Shown: positions 53,230 to 54,848 of the stretch, piece by piece | How the letters are laid out: each line of letters begins with the position of its first letter | Position numbering within the stretch: the stretch's first letter is position 1 | Virus record (IMG/VR): IMGVR_UViG_3300027847_001048 | Source of the DNA: an uncultured virus (IMG/VR IMGVR_UViG_3300027847_001048) | Taxonomy: Duplodnaviria > Heunggongvirae > Uroviricota > Caudoviricetes | Length of the DNA: 54,848 nt | Strand: one strand, 5' to 3' | Translations under genes and position numbers: made by a program | Notes under the pieces: model-generated | Seen by the model: only the letters and a program-made list of their open reading frames with translations | What the model was told of the DNA's origin: nothing | Databases searched by the model: none

Positions 53230-53408
53230 GATAAACTTGGAGACCTACCACGAACCAAAACCGACTTTCCCGAGCTTGGGAATGACCTCTGACTTACAAC
53301 CAACCTAATGGATGCAGGGTCTCTCGACTGTGCCGCCCTACTGTCAGGTGACAGCTTTGGTCCGTGCGGCGGATACTCCAAGTTTTCAAGGAACCTTTCG
53401 TCCTCCTG
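53230..53408 (-). ncRNA. candidate structured small RNA or leader between two class I motifs
   Basis: Perfect 10-bp closing helix 53233-53242/53376-53385 with internal hairpins; no credible ORF. Confidence 0.45.
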
Positions 53409-53412
53409 TAAT

Positions 53413-53439
53413 GCCTACCTCCGGGGATCGAAAAGTAAC
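53413..53439 (-). promoter_or_regulatory. class I promoter-like motif
   Basis: GTTACTTT..GGTAGGC. Confidence 0.75.
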
Positions 53440-53497
53440 AAGGAGTTCGGAGCTACGTCGATTGAGCCGAAGCGCAGCATCCTCCGTCCTTCACAAC

Positions 53498-53524
53498 GCC
53501 TACCTTGACGGATCGAAAGGTAAC
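53498..53524 (-). promoter_or_regulatory. class I promoter-like motif
   Basis: GTTACCTT..GGTAGGC. Confidence 0.75.
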
Positions 53525-53628
53525 AAAGTTTCTGGAAGTTTCACTTACGCGTGCGCGTGTATATAAGGATGCTGTACGCACGGGGGGTTTCTTCATCCCG
53601 GCCCCCACAAACTTTCATGCGAAAGTTT

Positions 53629-53655
53629 GTTACTTTCAGATACCCGGGGGTAGAC
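53629..53655 (+). promoter_or_regulatory. class I promoter-like motif
   Basis: GTTACTTT..GGTAGAC. Confidence 0.75.
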
Positions 53656-53700
53656 GTTGTGAGAGCAGGGGGAACACAGTCGAGTAGGTTGTGATTTTCA

Positions 53701-53727
53701 GTTACTTTCCTGCCCGTCAGGGTAGAC
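53701..53727 (+). promoter_or_regulatory. class I promoter-like motif
   Basis: GTTACTTT..GGTAGAC. Confidence 0.75.
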
Positions 53728-53795
53728 ATTGTGGACGGGGCAGACGCCCCTTGAATGGAGACACGAAGCACCCAAAAAAGAGTCACCGATAGGCG

Positions 53796-53822
53796 GTTAC
53801 TTTTTGATGCCCCAGGGTAGAC
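53796..53822 (+). promoter_or_regulatory. class I promoter-like motif
   Basis: GTTACTTT..GGTAGAC. Confidence 0.75.
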
Positions 53823-53887
53823 AGGGTGTAAAGACAATCTGAATCTCAACACCCCATACCGGGGCAGAAGGTCAGGAGAGGATCAAC

Positions 53888-54848
53888 ATGGCGACACGAA
53901 CCACCAAAACCAAAGGCAAGAGCAAGGCTGACCCGAACAAGGTCACCTGCGCTGTCTGCGGCTACGAGGATTACTACCTCGCAGACCATCTGTTGGAGGC
54001 CCACGGGCTCTCCGTCGAAGAGTACGTCAAGCAAAACGCTGGGGCCGAGACGGTTTCCAACGCTCTGCTCGACGCATACAACAGCGAGAAGGGCAACCCT
54101 CGACGCAGCGGGCCTCCGGTCCCTGGCGAGTTGACCGTCGAGTTCGCAGGCATCGAGTTCTCCGTGAACGTAGACGTGCCCGAGTCGGAGTGTCTCCCCT
54201 GCCCGTCTCACTACAAGATCCCCGAGCATGGCGATCTTGCCCGTGACATGAAGCACGCTGCTATCAGCATGAAGCAGCTTCGCTCCATCTACGTGCATGG
54301 TCTCCAGGGCTGTGGCAAGGACGCCTTTTTCCACTACTTGAGCGCCAGCCGTCGCATCCCCGCCAAGGTGTTCACCATCGAGCCGGGAACCGACATTCGC
54401 TCTTGGTTTTTCAGCCGCTCGTTCGACAAGGACGGAACGGCTTGGGACGAGGGCGAACTGCTCAAGGCTCTCCGTGACGGTTACAAGACCGCTACGGGCC
54501 GAGTGGTGCCTTACATGATCCTCATCAGCGACTTCGACCGTGCGGACCGAGCGCAGGCCGAGAGCCTTCGACTGATCCTCGATTCGATCCAGGGTCGAGT
54601 GAAGGGTCCAGCAGGCGTGACCTACCCGGTGCTTCAAGGCACCCAGGTTGTGATGACTGGCAACAGCGCAGGTGGTGGAGACACCCGAGGTCGCTGCATC
54701 AGTGCCAACCCCATCGATTCCAGCCTCTTCGACCGCATCGACCGGATCTTTGAGTTCCGTTGGATGGACTGGCTCGATGAGGTCGAGATCTGCAAGGCCA
54801 AGTTCCCTCTGCTCACCGAGAAGGCTCCCGATGCCCTTGGCATGGCGG
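53888..54848 (+). CDS. MoxR/CobS-like AAA+ ATPase with N-terminal C2H2 zinc finger (runs off the window; not in the ORF track)
   Basis: Hand translation: CAVC..HLLEAH; GLQGCGKD; ILISDFDRA; sensor TGN; SLFDRI; GGAGAGG RBS; divergent from the VWA gene. Confidence 0.85.
   Translation, partial: MATRTTKTKGKSKADPNKVTCAVCGYEDYYLADHLLEAHGLSVEEYVKQNAGAETVSNALLDAYNSEKGNPRRSGPPVPGELTVEFAGIEFSVNVDVPESECLPCPSHYKIPEHGDLARDMKHAAISMKQLRSIYVHGLQGCGKDAFFHYLSASRRIPAKVFTIEPGTDIRSWFFSRSFDKDGTAWDEGELLKALRDGYKTATGRVVPYMILISDFDRADRAQAESLRLILDSIQGRVKGPAGVTYPVLQGTQVVMTGNSAGGGDTRGRCISANPIDSSLFDRIDRIFEFRWMDWLDEVEICKAKFPLLTEKAPDALGMA

Noticed and set aside
53201..53822. Repeated motif clusters as a CRISPR array
   Set aside because: The repeats are degenerate in the middle, occur in both orientations, are irregularly spaced, and I saw no cas genes.
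53846..54637. 263-aa minus-strand ORF
   Set aside because: It is the antisense shadow of the plus-strand AAA+ gene.

Overview
The window looks like part of a large (jumbo-type) dsDNA bacteriophage genome. It is densely coded with many small orphan genes. Recognisable products are an endolysin-type amidase, a holin-like protein, Lon, a UvrD helicase, an ECF-like sigma factor and a divergent VWA/MoxR-type AAA+ pair. I recognised no capsid, terminase, rRNA, tRNA or CRISPR array. A Myxococcota-like host is inferred from a few small genes. Four layers of structure stand out. (1) About ten otherwise unrelated proteins share two short peptide tags (S-x-x-R-[VI]-A-x-R-[YH] and I-[KR]-L-A-Y-E-x-P-[DE]-L-R) plus [KR]-x-[AS] sites at domain junctions. 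Several are multi-enzyme polyproteins (ART+GNAT+topoisomerase IB; ART-like+CCA-type nucleotidyltransferase; zincin; WGR; Ntn-hydrolase), which suggests a virion cargo addressing and processing system. (2) A ~700-nt structured ncRNA (ROOL/GOLLD-like) at about 7.3-8.0 kb has its own promoter and terminator. (3) A fixed-spacing promoter-like motif, GTTACYYT-N12-GGTAGRC, occurs 19 times, mostly in three divergent hubs that also enclose short structured RNAs. (4) A second motif, TA-N7-TAT-N12-GTAGA, precedes many of the tagged and late-type genes. The AAA+ ATPase has an unusual Walker A/B residue swap. All family calls come from motif recognition by eye; no searches were run.
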